From Octopus sinensis (taxonomy: Eukaryota), in contig NC_043003.1 of NCBI RefSeq assembly GCF_006345805.1, positions 42,656,001 through 42,720,000 on the forward strand: a DNA stretch of 64,000 nt, read 5' to 3'. Positions 41,726 to 55,149 of the stretch are shown here, in pieces (the first letter of the stretch is position 1; each line of letters opens with the position of its first letter). The notes beneath the pieces were generated by a model. That model saw nothing but the letters and a program-made list of their open reading frames with translations. It made no database searches and was not told the origin of the DNA. The position numbers and the translations under genes were made by a program.

Positions 41726-42252
41726 TATTAATTACGTTAAGGGCAGGCGTGGCTAGAGAGTGTTCAGCCATTCGCATGATAATTTCATGAGCAGGTTGTT
41801 ACATTGATCGAATTATTTACACACTAGTCGTCATAACCGAAGAAGTTACAATAGTAATATACGCAAATGTCCGGTAACAGGGAATGCGGGTGGTGTGCTT
41901 GCACCCGCTTAAAATTTTTATGGGATGCAAAATCAAAATTTGCACCCCATAAAACTGTCTGATTTAGAAGATAGTGTCTAAAAATTGATCTTGCTTGAAG
42001 TTAGATTTCTTCTTGAAACAATAAATAAATAAATAAATAAAGTCTAAAGTGTTAACTTGTGAAGCTAGTGATAAAATTCCCAAGAAAATTCTTGAAAAAC
42101 ATACTACTGAACTAAGCCATCATCAACATCAAAATTAAAAGCATATATACATATACATACATACATACATACATACATACACATACACACACATACACAC
42201 ACAAATACACACACACACACGCACACTCACACACACACACACACACACACAT

Positions 42253-42288
<36 letters not shown>

Positions 42289-42318
42289 GAGAGAAAGAAG
42301 CAACAAGAATGGATAGGT

Positions 42319-42409
42319 TTTTAGTACAATCGTTTCATACAAGGACAGGCTTTATTAAAAGTTGCAAAAATTGCAGCATATAAACGTGTCCCGTACTCAT
42401 CAGCTAAAA
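42319..42409 (-). ncRNA. Type-I hammerhead ribozyme (left arm of the inverted repeat)
   Basis: Reverse complement of 43592-43682. Confidence 0.75.
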
Positions 42410-43591
42410 TACATGTGAGTTCTCTAGACATCCTAGTGGTTGAGGCTATACTCATGAAGTAATGTAGATAATTAAGTAACATAAACAGATTTCCAAAGTT
42501 CATTAAAGTTCTTTAAAGATGATGTACAGTCTTATCACAGAATTTTAAAAAAGTTTTAATAGCATCACAGAGAAGGTGACTTAATCCATAGTGTACATAT
42601 GAATTTCCAGAGATATGAGGAGGGATTACATACTCACAGACGACAAATTTATCCATTGCTAATCACAACGAGGTGGGTCTCAATTCCTGCTTATTAGCAT
42701 TATAGAGAGGGTGAATTAATCCTTTGTATAGATGCACAATTTCCAATGGTGTAGGTGTAAATTTCCATAGAAATGAAGAGGAATTTCATATTCACAGGCG
42801 ATAAATTTATCAATGGTTGAACACAATGAGGTAGGTATCAATTCTTGCTATATGATTAGGTATTTGCCACATTAATCACATTACTGCTATTTTCAAGAGA
42901 CTGTAGCTATTTAACTTTTTCTTCTTCTTATTCTCTCTCTCTCTTTTTCTTTTTTTCTTTTTCCTTTTCTCTTATCTTTTAGTCCCCCCCCCCTTTTGCT
43001 CCCTCCTCCTTTATTTTCTCTCTTTTCTTCTCTTTCCTTCCCTTTTCTGTTCTTTGCATCTCTAGAAAGCCCTTCAGCCTTTAAAAGTTAAATAGCTACA
43101 GTCTCTTGAAAATAGCAGTAATGTGATTAATGTGGCAAATACCTAATCATATAGCAAGAATTGATACCTACCTCATTGTGTTCAACCATTGATAAATTTA
43201 TCGCCTGTGAATATGAAATTCCTCTTCATTTCTATGGAAATTTACACCTACACCATTGGAAATTGTGCATCTATACAAAGGATTAATTCACCCTCTCTAT
43301 AATGCCAATAAGCAGGAATTGAGACCCACCTCGTTGTGATTAGCAATGGATAAATTTGTCGTCTGTGAGTATGTAATCCCTCCTCATATCTCTGGAAATT
43401 CATATGTACACTATGGATTAAGTCACCTTCTCTGTGATGCTATTAAAACTTTTTAAAATTCTGTGATAAGACTGTACATCATCTTTAAAGAACTTTAATG
43501 AACTTTGGAAATCTGTTTATGTTACTTAATTATCTACATTACTTCATGAGTATAGCCTTAACCACTAGGATGTCTAGAGAACTCACATGTA

Positions 43592-43682
43592 TTTTAGCTG
43601 ATGAGTACGGGACACGTTTATATGCTGCAATTTTTGCAACTTTTAATAAAGCCTGTCCTTGTATGAAACGATTGTACTAAAA
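43592..43682 (+). ncRNA. Type-I hammerhead ribozyme (right arm of the inverted repeat)
   Basis: UUUUAG-CUGAUGA-[GUACGGGACA...UGUCCUUGUAU]-GAA-ACGAUUGU-A-CUAAAA; 6-bp stem I, intact core, GUA triplet, predicted cleavage after 43676. Confidence 0.78.
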
Positions 43683-43839
43683 ACCTATCCATTCTTGTTG
43701 CTTCTTTCTCACTTATAATCACCCCACATTACTGTATTGTTAAAACCGTATAGTTTTTTTTGGTGCATCTAAGTTAGGTACCATATTCAAGTAAATTCAT
43801 TTAAATTAACTTGAATCTTTATTGCTTTTTGAATTATAT

Positions 43840-43906
<67 letters not shown>

Positions 43907-44085
43907 GCTATATAAATGCCAACCATCCGTGAGAGCGATGACCTCCACCCGGAAATACAAAGCGGACACACCATGTGTCGTTAGGCAGTTGGAGGAGATG
44001 TCTTCCTGGGGCTATAAACATCAGTAGCTCTGGCCTGTATAGGACGCCACACTTGGTTGGCAATTATATGTTATATATATATATA

Positions 44086-44139
<54 letters not shown>

Positions 44140-44400
44140 CGTGACCGACCAGGCTATCAGATGTTGTTACACATCGCCGGTCACAATGCACTTCGCATTG
44201 TTTTACCCTTCAAATGACGCCACCCCGCTGGCTAAGCGACCATGCCATATATATATATATACATAGACATATATACAAAACGAAGGATGGAAAAAACGGA
44301 CAATGTTTCACAAATATAAATACAATAAAAATAATATCAGGACATAACAACAGGTGTCTTTCGACTAAGGACGAATTGAATTAAGCTGTCGCGTGTGGAA

Positions 44401-44441
<41 letters not shown>

Positions 44442-44529
44442 TAGATATATGTATATATATATGTGTGTGCGTGTGTATGTGTGTTTGTGTAGTTGTGTGT
44501 GCGCGCGCGCTTGTGTATACGTCTTCTGA

Positions 44530-45175
44530 CACTTGATCAAAATCGCAACAGTCTGATCACATAACGAGATTGTCTGACATTGTTCGAGGCAGATTCAGCT
44601 TGTTTTCTTGAACGATTCCTAATCTAAGATGTGTGTTGGCTTCATCACTTTGAACCGGAAACAAAGAGAGAATCCATGCAGTGGAAACACTCCACGGCAC
44701 CTGCTTCAAAGCAGGCAAGGTCGTTTCATCTGTAGGGAAGGTGCTGGCCTCAGTTATTTGGAATGCAATAGGTATTGTGTTTATTGACTATCTACAAAAT
44801 GATCACACCATCAATGGAGAGCTCTATGCCAAATTACTAAAGCAGTTAGGAAAGGCCAGCAAGACCAAACGCCCAGAAAAACTGATGACGGGGGTCTTTT
44901 TTCATTAGGACAATGCTTCAGAAGAGAGATTCTTGTGAGTACCTGGCTTTGAAATGGCTGATCACACTCCCTATTTTAGTGATTTGGTTCTATCTGACTA
45001 TCATCTGTTTCCCAACATGAAAATATACTTGATTGGGCACCGATATCACTGTGATGACGTCTTATCTGCTGTTGACTTTTTTTATCAAAAGGATAGCTTC
45101 TTCACGTATGCGATCCAAGCACTGCAACACTGGTGGAAGTGTGCTGATAGTAAGAGGAATCATGTTAAGAAATGA
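44530..45175 (+). mobile_element. Mariner transposase pseudogene (catalytic region)
   Basis: WLHHFEPETKRESMQWKH; GKVLASVIW..GIVFIDYL; FH*DNA; HTPYFSDLVLSDYHLFPNMK. Confidence 0.9.
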
Positions 45176-45200
45176 ACTTCATTTGGTCACATGTCATGGT

Positions 45201-45494
45201 GGAGGCACATGGCCTAGTGGTAAGAGCAGCGGCCTCGCGGTCGAGGGATTGTGGGTTCGAATCTCAGACCGGGCGATGGGTGTGTTTATGAGCGAAACAC
45301 CTAAGCTCCACGCAGCTCCGGCAGAAGGTAATGGCGAACGTCTGCTGACTCTTTCGCCTCAACCTTCTCTCACTCTTGCATCTTGTAGCTGACATGCGAT
45401 AGACCGGTGTCCCGTCCAGGTGGGGAACCTATATGCCAAGGAAACCGGGGAAACCGGCCCTAATGAGCCAGGCGTGGCTCGAGCAGGAACAAAC
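45201..45494 (+). mobile_element. tRNA(Arg-like)-derived SINE family R
   Basis: A box tggcctagtgg, B box ggttcgaatc; second copy at 62262-62558. Confidence 0.88.
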
Positions 45495-46254
45495 TTGGGA
45501 ATAATGCTATTGCAGTCGTGTGTATTCACGATCGTACTCTTTTGGTCATTACGCAGCATTCATGACTGTAGGGGGGGGGGGTAGGCACGAAAACATGAAC
45601 TGAAAATAGTGAGTTTAGCTCTTTTACTAACCTCTCCTCGTTGGCGGATTAAATACTGGCACTAACGTTTTATTGTGCCAACGACAACTATCCTTGCCTC
45701 CAGTTCAGAACGCATGCAACAAGAGCCAACGAAAAGTCTGAACACAAATATGAGTGTTAAAGACAAAACATATGAAAATACTTTGGACAGGCAAAAGGTT
45801 AATGTTAGCAACAGCATCACTAAATTTGCACTAACAACCATTGCTTTCTTAATTTGTTTAATTTGTATTTATAGCTCAGACGTTTCAGATCAAGAATATT
45901 GAAAATCAAATACAAAACCGAAATCTTTCAGATAATTACTAATAAACCCAACATTTTGATTTTAATAGAATTTCGCTTTTTAATCCATTCATTCAACTGT
46001 TTTAAGCTAGACACAATTTTTGCTCCTCGAGTTATTATATCATTATTTAATTATTTAATTAACTACTCGGTGATTTCTATTAAACCGTCAATTAATTAAA
46101 TCTCATTAAATTTGATACTGGAGTTAATTTTTTCGCAACTGCTTTTCAACAACCACTAATTAAAGTAATTACATAGGTACGTAACCATTAATTATTCGAG
46201 TTTATGCAATTTTTTACATCACCTTATTCAGACATGTAACTACAACCAATCCAG

Positions 46255-46515
46255 CATCACCACCACTGTGTCACACATGCATCACAGCCACAACTTCTAC
46301 CGTAACTACTACCACCAACACCACTATCACAAGCACCACTTCCATCCATCACATCTACAACCTTCACCACTACTATTACCGCAAACACCACCGTCATAAC
46401 AACAACAATCACCACCGCCATAACAACAATCACCACCACTAGCATCACCAAACGACTACAACTACCAACACGGTCATCACAAACAACACCATCACCACCA
46501 CCAAATTTATCAGTA

Positions 46516-46552
<37 letters not shown>

Positions 46553-46760
46553 TACTACTACTACTACTACTACTACCAAGCCTAACCCGAACCATCAATA
46601 CTACACCACGTTCACCATCATCTAGACGGCCAACACCTTCAGACTATCTTTACCAATGCCACTAATAACAACAACAACAATAACACCAGCAACAACCACT
46701 GGCGACCAATATCAACACCACCAGGAACATCACCACGAACAACAGAGCAACTGCAAAACC
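46255..46760. repeat. Degenerate (ACC/ACA/ACT)n low-complexity tract
   Basis: Decayed trinucleotide repeats with a pure (ACT)n core; no sustained reading frame. Confidence 0.85.
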
Positions 46761-47232
46761 GCCGCCAACGCTGTTACCACAATCATGATATTCACGTGTT
46801 ACACCACGACTGTATTTGCTGAACTGTAATGCACTGAATGACCGCAACATAAGCCCCGCCTCAAAGTACACCGCCGACCCTACCATCTCTACATACACAC
46901 ACACACACACGCATATACCATCGATCTCTGAAAACGCACCACAAATTTCGCTGACAACTACCACTCCCCTCTTGTCATTGGTGCTTTGACCTATCGAAAT
47001 CACAGTTAGGTCTCTGCCCGTCTCACGCCCTCTTTTTCTCTTTCCACCTTCCCGCTTCCTCACTTTCTCTGTTCTCTTTCTCTCTATCTCTTTCTCTTTC
47101 GCTCTCAATTATCTTTCTGTCTCAGTACGTCTTCAGAAAGTCAATGGATTCTTTCTGTTTAACTCCCACTCTCGCACTCTTTCTCCTACTGTCTCCTATC
47201 CTGGTTATACATTCATCGATATACATACAAAC

Positions 47233-47328
<96 letters not shown>

Positions 47329-47330
<2 letters not shown>

Positions 47331-47529
47331 GTAATCCCTCGCCATATTGCGGTTCACCTATCTCGCTGTATTATTTAAGCTTACGCATTTATAATAATAT
47401 AAATATATACAAATTATAAAAGTGAAAAAAGAAAAACACAGACGGTACAGTACTGTTTCTATTTCATGGATTTTCACCTATCACTGGGTGTTTTGGAACG
47501 TAACACCCGCGCTAGTTGAGGGATTACTC
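47329..47529. mobile_element. Tc1/pogo (Tigger-like) MITE remnant
   Basis: Ends cagtaatccctc and gagggattactc; internal ttcacctatc repeats. Confidence 0.6.
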
Positions 47530-47601
<72 letters not shown>

Positions 47602-47632
47602 TAAAGGGGTTTGTATGATTGTGTATAGAGGG

Positions 47633-48035
47633 ATATATATTATTCAAAGGAAGTCTAACTCTGTCTGTTTTTTATGTTTTATTTATATTCTTCATAATAT
47701 TAATGTAGAATATAGAATATATAGCATAAATAGTATATATAGTAAAATGAAATGAAGTGTTGATTGTCTTATTGAATAGATGAAATATTGAATATAAAAT
47801 ACTTCTGTCACAACCTAGGACCTTGAAGGCTGCCTTAATGCAAGAAAGTATACTAGTCCCTTAATATTTTATATTCAATATTTCATCTATTCAATAAGAC
47901 AATCAATACTTCATTTCATTTACTATATATATATTATTTATACTATATATTCTATATTCTACATTAATATCATAAAGAATATAATTAAAACATAAAAAAC
48001 AGACAGATTTCGAATTCCTTTGAATAATATATATA
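47633..48035. repeat. About 400-bp AT-rich foldback (arms about 168 bp, spacer about 63 bp)
   Basis: 47633-47801 pairs with 47865-48035 (e.g. gattgtcttattgaatagatgaaatattgaatataaaata and its reverse complement). Confidence 0.88.
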
Positions 48036-48105
48036 TATATTATATATATAATATATAATATATATATATATATATATGCGTGTGTGTGTGTGTGTGTATA
48101 TATAT

Positions 48106-48139
<34 letters not shown>

Positions 48140-48647
48140 TATATATACATACATACACACACACGCACAAACATACACGCGTGCGCACACATACTCACAC
48201 ACAAACATATGTGTGTATGTATACATGTACACAGGTGTGTGTATATATCGGTCTGGAGGAGATTACGTATTTATTTTCTGTCCTTCTCTCTGTATATTTG
48301 TGCAGAATATGTTAATCAGCTTGCAAGAGATCATGTGTAAACACACAGATCAAGATTAAATAGTGTAACAACAACACAACAACAACAACAACAACGACGA
48401 CGACGACGACTACAACATATGTAAATATCACAGTAACAATACAACCAATAACAACATGCACCATAGCAACATGAACAGACAACATTAACACAAACAACAA
48501 TAATCATTTCCCTCGCTACCATTTCATTCACCCTCACTACCTTGACTAACCCCACCTCTACCACCACTTCCTCCGCCACCGTCACCACCACCACACAGCC
48601 GCCGCCATGCATTATATATATATATATATATTATATATATATATATG

Positions 48648-48790
48648 AGATGCAGCACGAAGTTTTGTCAGTAAACAGGTCGCGGTCTCAAAGTGACGAA
48701 AATATTTTGACAAATTAAATTTAAATGTTGAAGTGAATCTAACGGTTTTGAGTGTTTCTTAAATGGCTTATAAACACTTTCCACGCTTCA

Positions 48791-48795
<5 letters not shown>
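48648..48795 (+). mobile_element. Repeat family D copy
   Basis: Homologous to 8955-9100. Confidence 0.8.
48664..48714 (+). ncRNA. Hammerhead-like fold with G3-C8 core (G5 mutated to A in this copy)
   Basis: UUUGUCA-GUAAACA-G-[GUCGC ggucucaaa GUGAC]-GAA-AAUAUU-U-UGACAAA; 7-bp stem I. Confidence 0.55.
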
Positions 48796-48834
<39 letters not shown>

Positions 48835-48857
48835 CATACATATATATATATGATGTA

Positions 48858-48921
<64 letters not shown>

Positions 48922-48951
48922 TAATACATGTCCTTGAAGAAGTAGTTGTGC

Positions 48952-49029
48952 GCGGCTGAAGAAGGCCACAGACGCACATTATGCATTGTTATAAATCCGT
49001 CTAATAAAGGCCCGAAACATATGTACCGC
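48952..49029 (+). ncRNA. Type-I hammerhead ribozyme with extended stem II
   Basis: GCGG-CUGAAGA-A-[GGCC...GGCC C]-GAA-ACAUAUGU-A-CCGC; palindromic stem III, GUA triplet. Confidence 0.7.
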
Positions 49030-49799
49030 TGAATCCTTGGCATCATGTTTTTATTTTGATTAATATATATATATATATATAATATATATATATATATAAT
49101 ATATATATATATATATACACACACCCGCACAATAATCCCTCGCCATATCCTTAACACCACCATCGCCATCATCCCTCGAGCCAAGAGGGACGACCTCTCC
49201 ATAGTCATTTGTCTCGCTAATAATGTCACCCAAATGTTCTCAATTCGCTATGTACAGGCTTAGAAGAATAAAGCTATAAGATATACTCTCAAAAAACAAA
49301 TATCGGATGGTAAATGCTGGAATACCTATCTTCACAGGGTAACTTGATCAGAACTGAACAGGAACTAAACCAGTGGTCTACAACAGGTATGTTGCGGTAC
49401 ACTGGTGTGTTACGAGATGATACTAGGTGTGCCGCACTGTAAGCTGCATATAATGTTTTTTCCCTATACTTTTAGTTATATTTTTAGTCAGGTGTGCCGC
49501 CATATTTTGAAAAGTATATGAGAGTACTGTCAGAGAAAAAGTGCTGCGGAGCACTGGAGTAAACAACTGGTGAATGCCAAAGTACAGCCAATAGACCAAG
49601 AATATCTATGCAATCAGCTGACCTGCAAACGTAGCAGCTAAATCGGTCTGAAATTACACGTTTACTGTCTTGAGGTTTCAAACAACAGTTACAATGTTAT
49701 GTTAATAATAGATATGAAACATGAAAGAAATAGTTGGATATCAGTACTCAGGTTGCACTACACCTCATAAAAAATCATATAGCCTTTCTACTAAATGCA

Positions 49800-50369
49800 C
49801 AAGACCTGAAATTTTGGGGGAGGAGATTAATCTATTTCATCGACCCCAATATTTCAATGGTACTTAATTTATCGACCCGGAAAGGATGAAAGGCAAAGTC
49901 GACCTCAGCGGCAGTTGAACTCAAAACGTAAAGACAGACGAAACACCAATAAGCATTTCGCCAGGCGTGCTAACGTTTCGTATTTATTTACTGCCAACAA
50001 GGGGATACACACAGAGGGGACAAACGGATTAAGTCGATTGTATCGACCCTAGTGCGTGTGTGGTACTTATTTAATCGGCCCCAAAAGGATGAAAGGCAAA
50101 GTTGACCTCGGCGAAATTTGAACTCAGAACGTAGCGGCAGACGAAATGCCTATTTTTTTACTACCCACAAGGAGCTAAACACAAAAGGGGCAAACGGATT
50201 AAGTCGAGTATATCGACCCCAGTGCGTAACTGGTACTTATTTAATCGACCCCGAAAGGATGAAAGCAAAGTCAACCTCGGCGGAATTTGAACTCAGAATG
50301 TAACGGCAGACGAAATACGGCTACGCATTTCGCCCGGCGTGATAATATTTCTGCCAGCTCGCCGCCTTC
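49800..50369 (-). mobile_element. Three head-to-tail units of SINE family C
   Basis: ggtactta..atcgacccc..aggatgaaaggcaaagt.gacctc.gcg..ttgaactca occurs three times; only the 50151-50369 unit has a full head. Confidence 0.88.
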
Positions 50370-51224
50370 TGTTAATTATAAATATAAACAAGGACTGAAT
50401 GCTGCGAATGGAAGGCCTTTAATTATAAGTCTGCTTGATTAGAGCTGATTTGGGGCTATAAGTGAAAAGCAGTAGCTAAGTCCCCAACTCGCTGTACCTA
50501 ATACAAAATCACAGCCATCATATAAATGACAACCAGCCTAACAACAGCTACACCGACGACGACAACAACAAAAACAACCATAACAGCTGCCACAACAGTA
50601 CCAAGCAAAAGAATAACAACTAGAAAAGAAACAAATTGACTAACTAAAAACACAGGCATCGGCAACTGCAATGACATCAACGCTTACAATCACAACACCC
50701 ACATGAGCAGCAAAAGAAGTAACTAATGTTACTGAATGAACAATGGCAGAATATTAGCCATAATTGTAGCCACAACAACAACAACAACAAAACGACAGCC
50801 ACAATAACAACAGCAGAAACAACAAGAACAAGAAGAAGAACAACAACAAAAACAAGAAAATACACAGGCGTCTAGAACAATGAACAATGCGCAATGTCAA
50901 TATATTATTTATAAATAAAATCGCCATACAAAATAATGCACTCAGTAACCTTCAAAAACATCGTAATTTGCTGACAACAATGACGACGGTGAAGACGACG
51001 ACGACAATGATGATGATGATGAAGATGGCGATAATGATAATGACAAAGAAGAAAACGATAGTGATGGTGATAAAATAATAAGAATAATTCATTTTACATA
51101 AGGAAGGAAAATTCTGGGGGTGAGGGACGGGTTAGTCCATTACATCAATTCCAGTACTTGACTGGTACTTCAGATTATAGATTCCCAAATGTTGTCTTCA
51201 GTAATTTATGAACTCAGGTAAGAT

Positions 51225-51435
51225 AACGAACTGGCTGAATCGATAGTACGCCGGACAAAATTCTTAGCGGCACTTAATCCGTCTTCACGCTTTAAGTTCG
51301 AATTCCACCGTGGTCGATTTCGATTTTCATCCTTTTGAGGTCGATAGAATAAGTACCGGTTGATCACTGGAGGTTAATGTAATCGACTTCTCCTCTCACT
51401 GTAGACTGCTGGCCTTGTGACAAAATTTGGAACGA
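51225..51435 (+). mobile_element. SINE family C
   Basis: ctggctgaatcg..aagttcgaattccaccgtggtcgatt..catccttttgaggtcgatagaataagtacc. Confidence 0.8.
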
Positions 51436-51776
51436 ATATATAAACTCAGAAGGTACAGGGCCGGAAAAAATGCCACTAATTATTTTGTCCGGCGCGATAA
51501 CCATTCTGACAGCTCACCAACAGCAGCCTTAATAATAATAATGAGACTTGTTATTAAATGATTGGGCTGGCGGAATCGTTAGAACACCGAATAAAATGTT
51601 TGCGATATTCGGCACTTTGCTCACTGACTTAATAACAATAGTGATGATGATGATGAAAATAGCAATAATAATAATAAGAACAAGAACAAGAAGAACAAGA
51701 AGAACAAGAACAAGAACAATAACAATACCAATAATGATAACAACAACAACAATAACAATAATAATAATAATAATAA

Positions 51777-51848
<72 letters not shown>

Positions 51849-51879
51849 TATTATTATTATTATCATTATTATTATTATA

Positions 51880-52424
51880 AATGCCCTAATGCAGTACCAG
51901 ACAGTAGGTCTCATGGCTCCTGATCTTAACTGATTGGAAGTGTTATCATATACATTGTTTTGTCTTGGTATAAAAGATGGGCTGCAGCAAATATTCTGCT
52001 CAATTCCACATATTTGCTTGTCAGTTGTTTGACCTTAACCATTTGCCCATGTCCCTTAGTGGCTGACGACATGTGCATCTCTGATCACAAGCAGAAGTAG
52101 TGGGGGCGCATTATAGCCGTGTGTTGAAAGGTATTCTTAGAGGTTTGGATAATTCACCTTTGGAAACATGGGTGGTTTGTTCAACATCCTTAAACAACCC
52201 TTATTCAGGGACCTTTTGAGCGGGATGGATTACTCGGCCAGAAGAAAATTCTAACTGGGCCTACCTGCAAGGTATCTTGATATGAGATCACCATGTCACG
52301 CACATATGGCTGTGATGCATGTGCCTGGTGTACCCTTATCAGATGGGTAATCATGATGGGTATACTGGGCTTCGTATATTTTACCCCAGTGTTACTCTGA
52401 TGGCATGCACTGCCCTCTCACTCA
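51880..52424 (+). mobile_element. Non-coding retroposon family G with (TAA)n tail
   Basis: Ends ctctcactca followed by (ATA)n; a 5'-truncated second copy follows at 52489-52600. Confidence 0.7.
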
Positions 52425-52439
52425 ATAATAATAATAATA

Positions 52440-52477
<38 letters not shown>

Positions 52478-52488
52478 TAATAATGACA

Positions 52489-52600
52489 TGTGATGCATGT
52501 GCTTGGTGTACCCTTATCAGACGGGTAGTCATGATGGGTACACTGGGCTCCCTATATTTTACCCCAGTGTCACTTTGATGGCATGCACTGCTCTCACTCA
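52489..52600 (+). mobile_element. Family G, 5'-truncated copy inside (TAA)n
   Basis: Matches the last 110 bp of 51880-52424. Confidence 0.75.
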
Positions 52601-52638
52601 ATGATGATAATAAAAATATTAATATTAATAATAATAAT

Positions 52639-52731
<93 letters not shown>

Positions 52732-52741
52732 AAGAAGAAGA

Positions 52742-54210
52742 AGAGGGAAAAGACTAGAAAAGAATGTTATCGCAATACTTAAGACAGAGCTGAATGCAAG
52801 AAACAGCATCGAACCAGTCAATACTTTAGCCATACTAGTCGTGACTTACAGTTTCAATATTATTAACTGGTCAATTACTGAAATATGTAATCTTGACGGA
52901 AAAATACGAAGATTATTGATAATGCATGTAAGGCACCACACTAAGACAGATATAGAAGGATTTTACCTGCCAATAGAAGAGGTGACCACGGACTTTTACA
53001 GCTGGAATTAACAATGAAGTTTGCCACAATTGGCCTAAACATCTACCTGAAAAACTCTGATGATTAGATGTTTAAACTTATCTCAAAACATTAAAATAAG
53101 AAAGCATCATACTCAGTAACAAAACAGGCAAAGAAATAGTAAAGTGAATTCCAAATACAACAAATTCCAGAATTAGAGGTGCTGGAAGGAAGCACAGAAA
53201 AAGCTAATCGTATGAAAACCCGTGCTAAAACTGCTGCCTTAGATATTCTTCAATAGGAATAAATGGCAAGAAAAATCCTTTCAATGTCAAATGCCCAAAG
53301 AGTTAATAATGCCGTTGTTGACAAAGCCCTTACCCATCAATGGTTAGTGTCTTCTGGCTTCAAATCAGAGACAGAATAGTTTATCATAGCAGACCAAGAT
53401 CAATGCCTACCTCGAAACAGCTACTTGGCCAAAATCTTAAAGAATTGCAGTAGCTCAGCATGTCGTGTGTGTAAACAACAAAGCGAAACTATCGACCATG
53501 TTGACTCCATGTGTAGTCTTCTTGCGCCTATAGATTATCTCAACAGGCATGATAGATCATCACAGAATATTCACTGGGTAATTTTCAAAGACTTGGACCT
53601 GCCTCATGATAAAGACTAGTGATAACACAAACCACCTCCAGTGCTTGAAACTTTACACATCTCACACATCTGGAACTTCACCGTCCAAATTGACAGAAAG
53701 ATAGATGCGAATAAGTCAGATATTATATTGAAGATCTTCAGAGAAAAATCATTCCTCCTCATCGATATGACTGTCCCAATCGACATAAATGTATCTGTCA
53801 AGACCTACCAAAACTGAGCAAGTATAAAGATCTTGAAATAAAAATTAGCAAAATGTGGAACCTCAACACTAAAACAATACCTGCTGTCATAGGTGCCCTA
53901 TGAATGATAGCAAAAGGAGGTCGTTGCTACCTGTCTCAGATACCAGGAAATCCAGAAACTGCAGAAAATTTTAAAATAGTGCTCATCAGAATGTATCTTA
54001 CGTAAATTAGTCTAGGCAATTCCAAAATTTAAAACAAACTCATAATTTTCTTATGTTTACTTAGACATCATATAGAACAACACTTTCTGCATAACCAAAT
54101 ATATAGTACCCTAGTCATAACACCAACTTGAACTCCTAACTTGTCTCTTGAGACATCTCGGTGAGACTTGGAGTCAACATGTACAAATGCAAAGCAATGG
54201 TCAAACGTGA
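52742..54210 (+). mobile_element. R4/Dong-clade LINE, 5'-truncated (RT C-terminus, CCHC knuckle, restriction-like endonuclease, 3' UTR)
   Basis: ILKTELNARN..VTYSFNIINW; CRVCKQQSETIDHVDSMC; DII..LIDMTVPIDINVSVKTYQ; (TAA)n/(GAA)n on the 5' side and (TAA)n on the 3' side. Confidence 0.92.
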
Positions 54211-54530
<320 letters not shown>

Positions 54531-54547
54531 CATTGATGATGATGATA

Positions 54548-54723
<176 letters not shown>

Positions 54724-54931
54724 CCCTTCTGCTATAGGTATAAGGCCTGAAATTTATGGTGAGAGGATAAGTAGATTTCATCGGCCACAGTACTTCACTG
54801 GTACTTAATCTACCACGAAAGACAAAAGTCAAAGTCGACCTTGGTGGAGATTAGACTCAGAAGGTAAAAGCGGGCGAAATGCCGTTAAGCATTTATCTCG
54901 GTGTACTAACGATTCGACCAGCTCACGGTTT
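54724..54931 (-). mobile_element. SINE family C
   Basis: Homologous to 50151-50369; flanked by TAA repeats. Confidence 0.75.
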
Positions 54932-54956
54932 TAATAATAATAATAATGATAATAAA

Positions 54957-54996
<40 letters not shown>

Positions 54997-55082
54997 TAAT
55001 AATGATAATAATAATAATAATAATAATAATGATAATAATAATAATAACAATAATAACAATAATAATAATAATAATAACAATA

Positions 55083-55148
<66 letters not shown>

Positions 55149-55149
<1 letters not shown>

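Larger units (their letters stand above)
42291..43710. repeat. 1.42-kb near-perfect inverted repeat (arms 42291-42919 and 43083-43710; 163-bp CT-rich spacer)
   Basis: Arms are reverse complements, with about three differences found by eye; arm sequence is homologous to 56433-56830. Confidence 0.95.

Noticed and set aside
45201-45276. tRNA gene-like sequences (also 12841, 62490-62558 and the family A and C heads)
   Set aside because: A and B boxes are present, but there is no acceptor stem or clean cloverleaf and each continues into a multi-copy SINE body
46255-46760. Possible Thr-rich mucin-like exon
   Set aside because: No sustained open frame or splice signals; similar degenerate triplet tracts recur at 48370-48610 and 50500-51070
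49800-50369. CRISPR-like or satellite array
   Set aside because: Units are 170-220 bp SINE copies with no short repeat-spacer pattern, and there are no cas genes in this eukaryotic DNA
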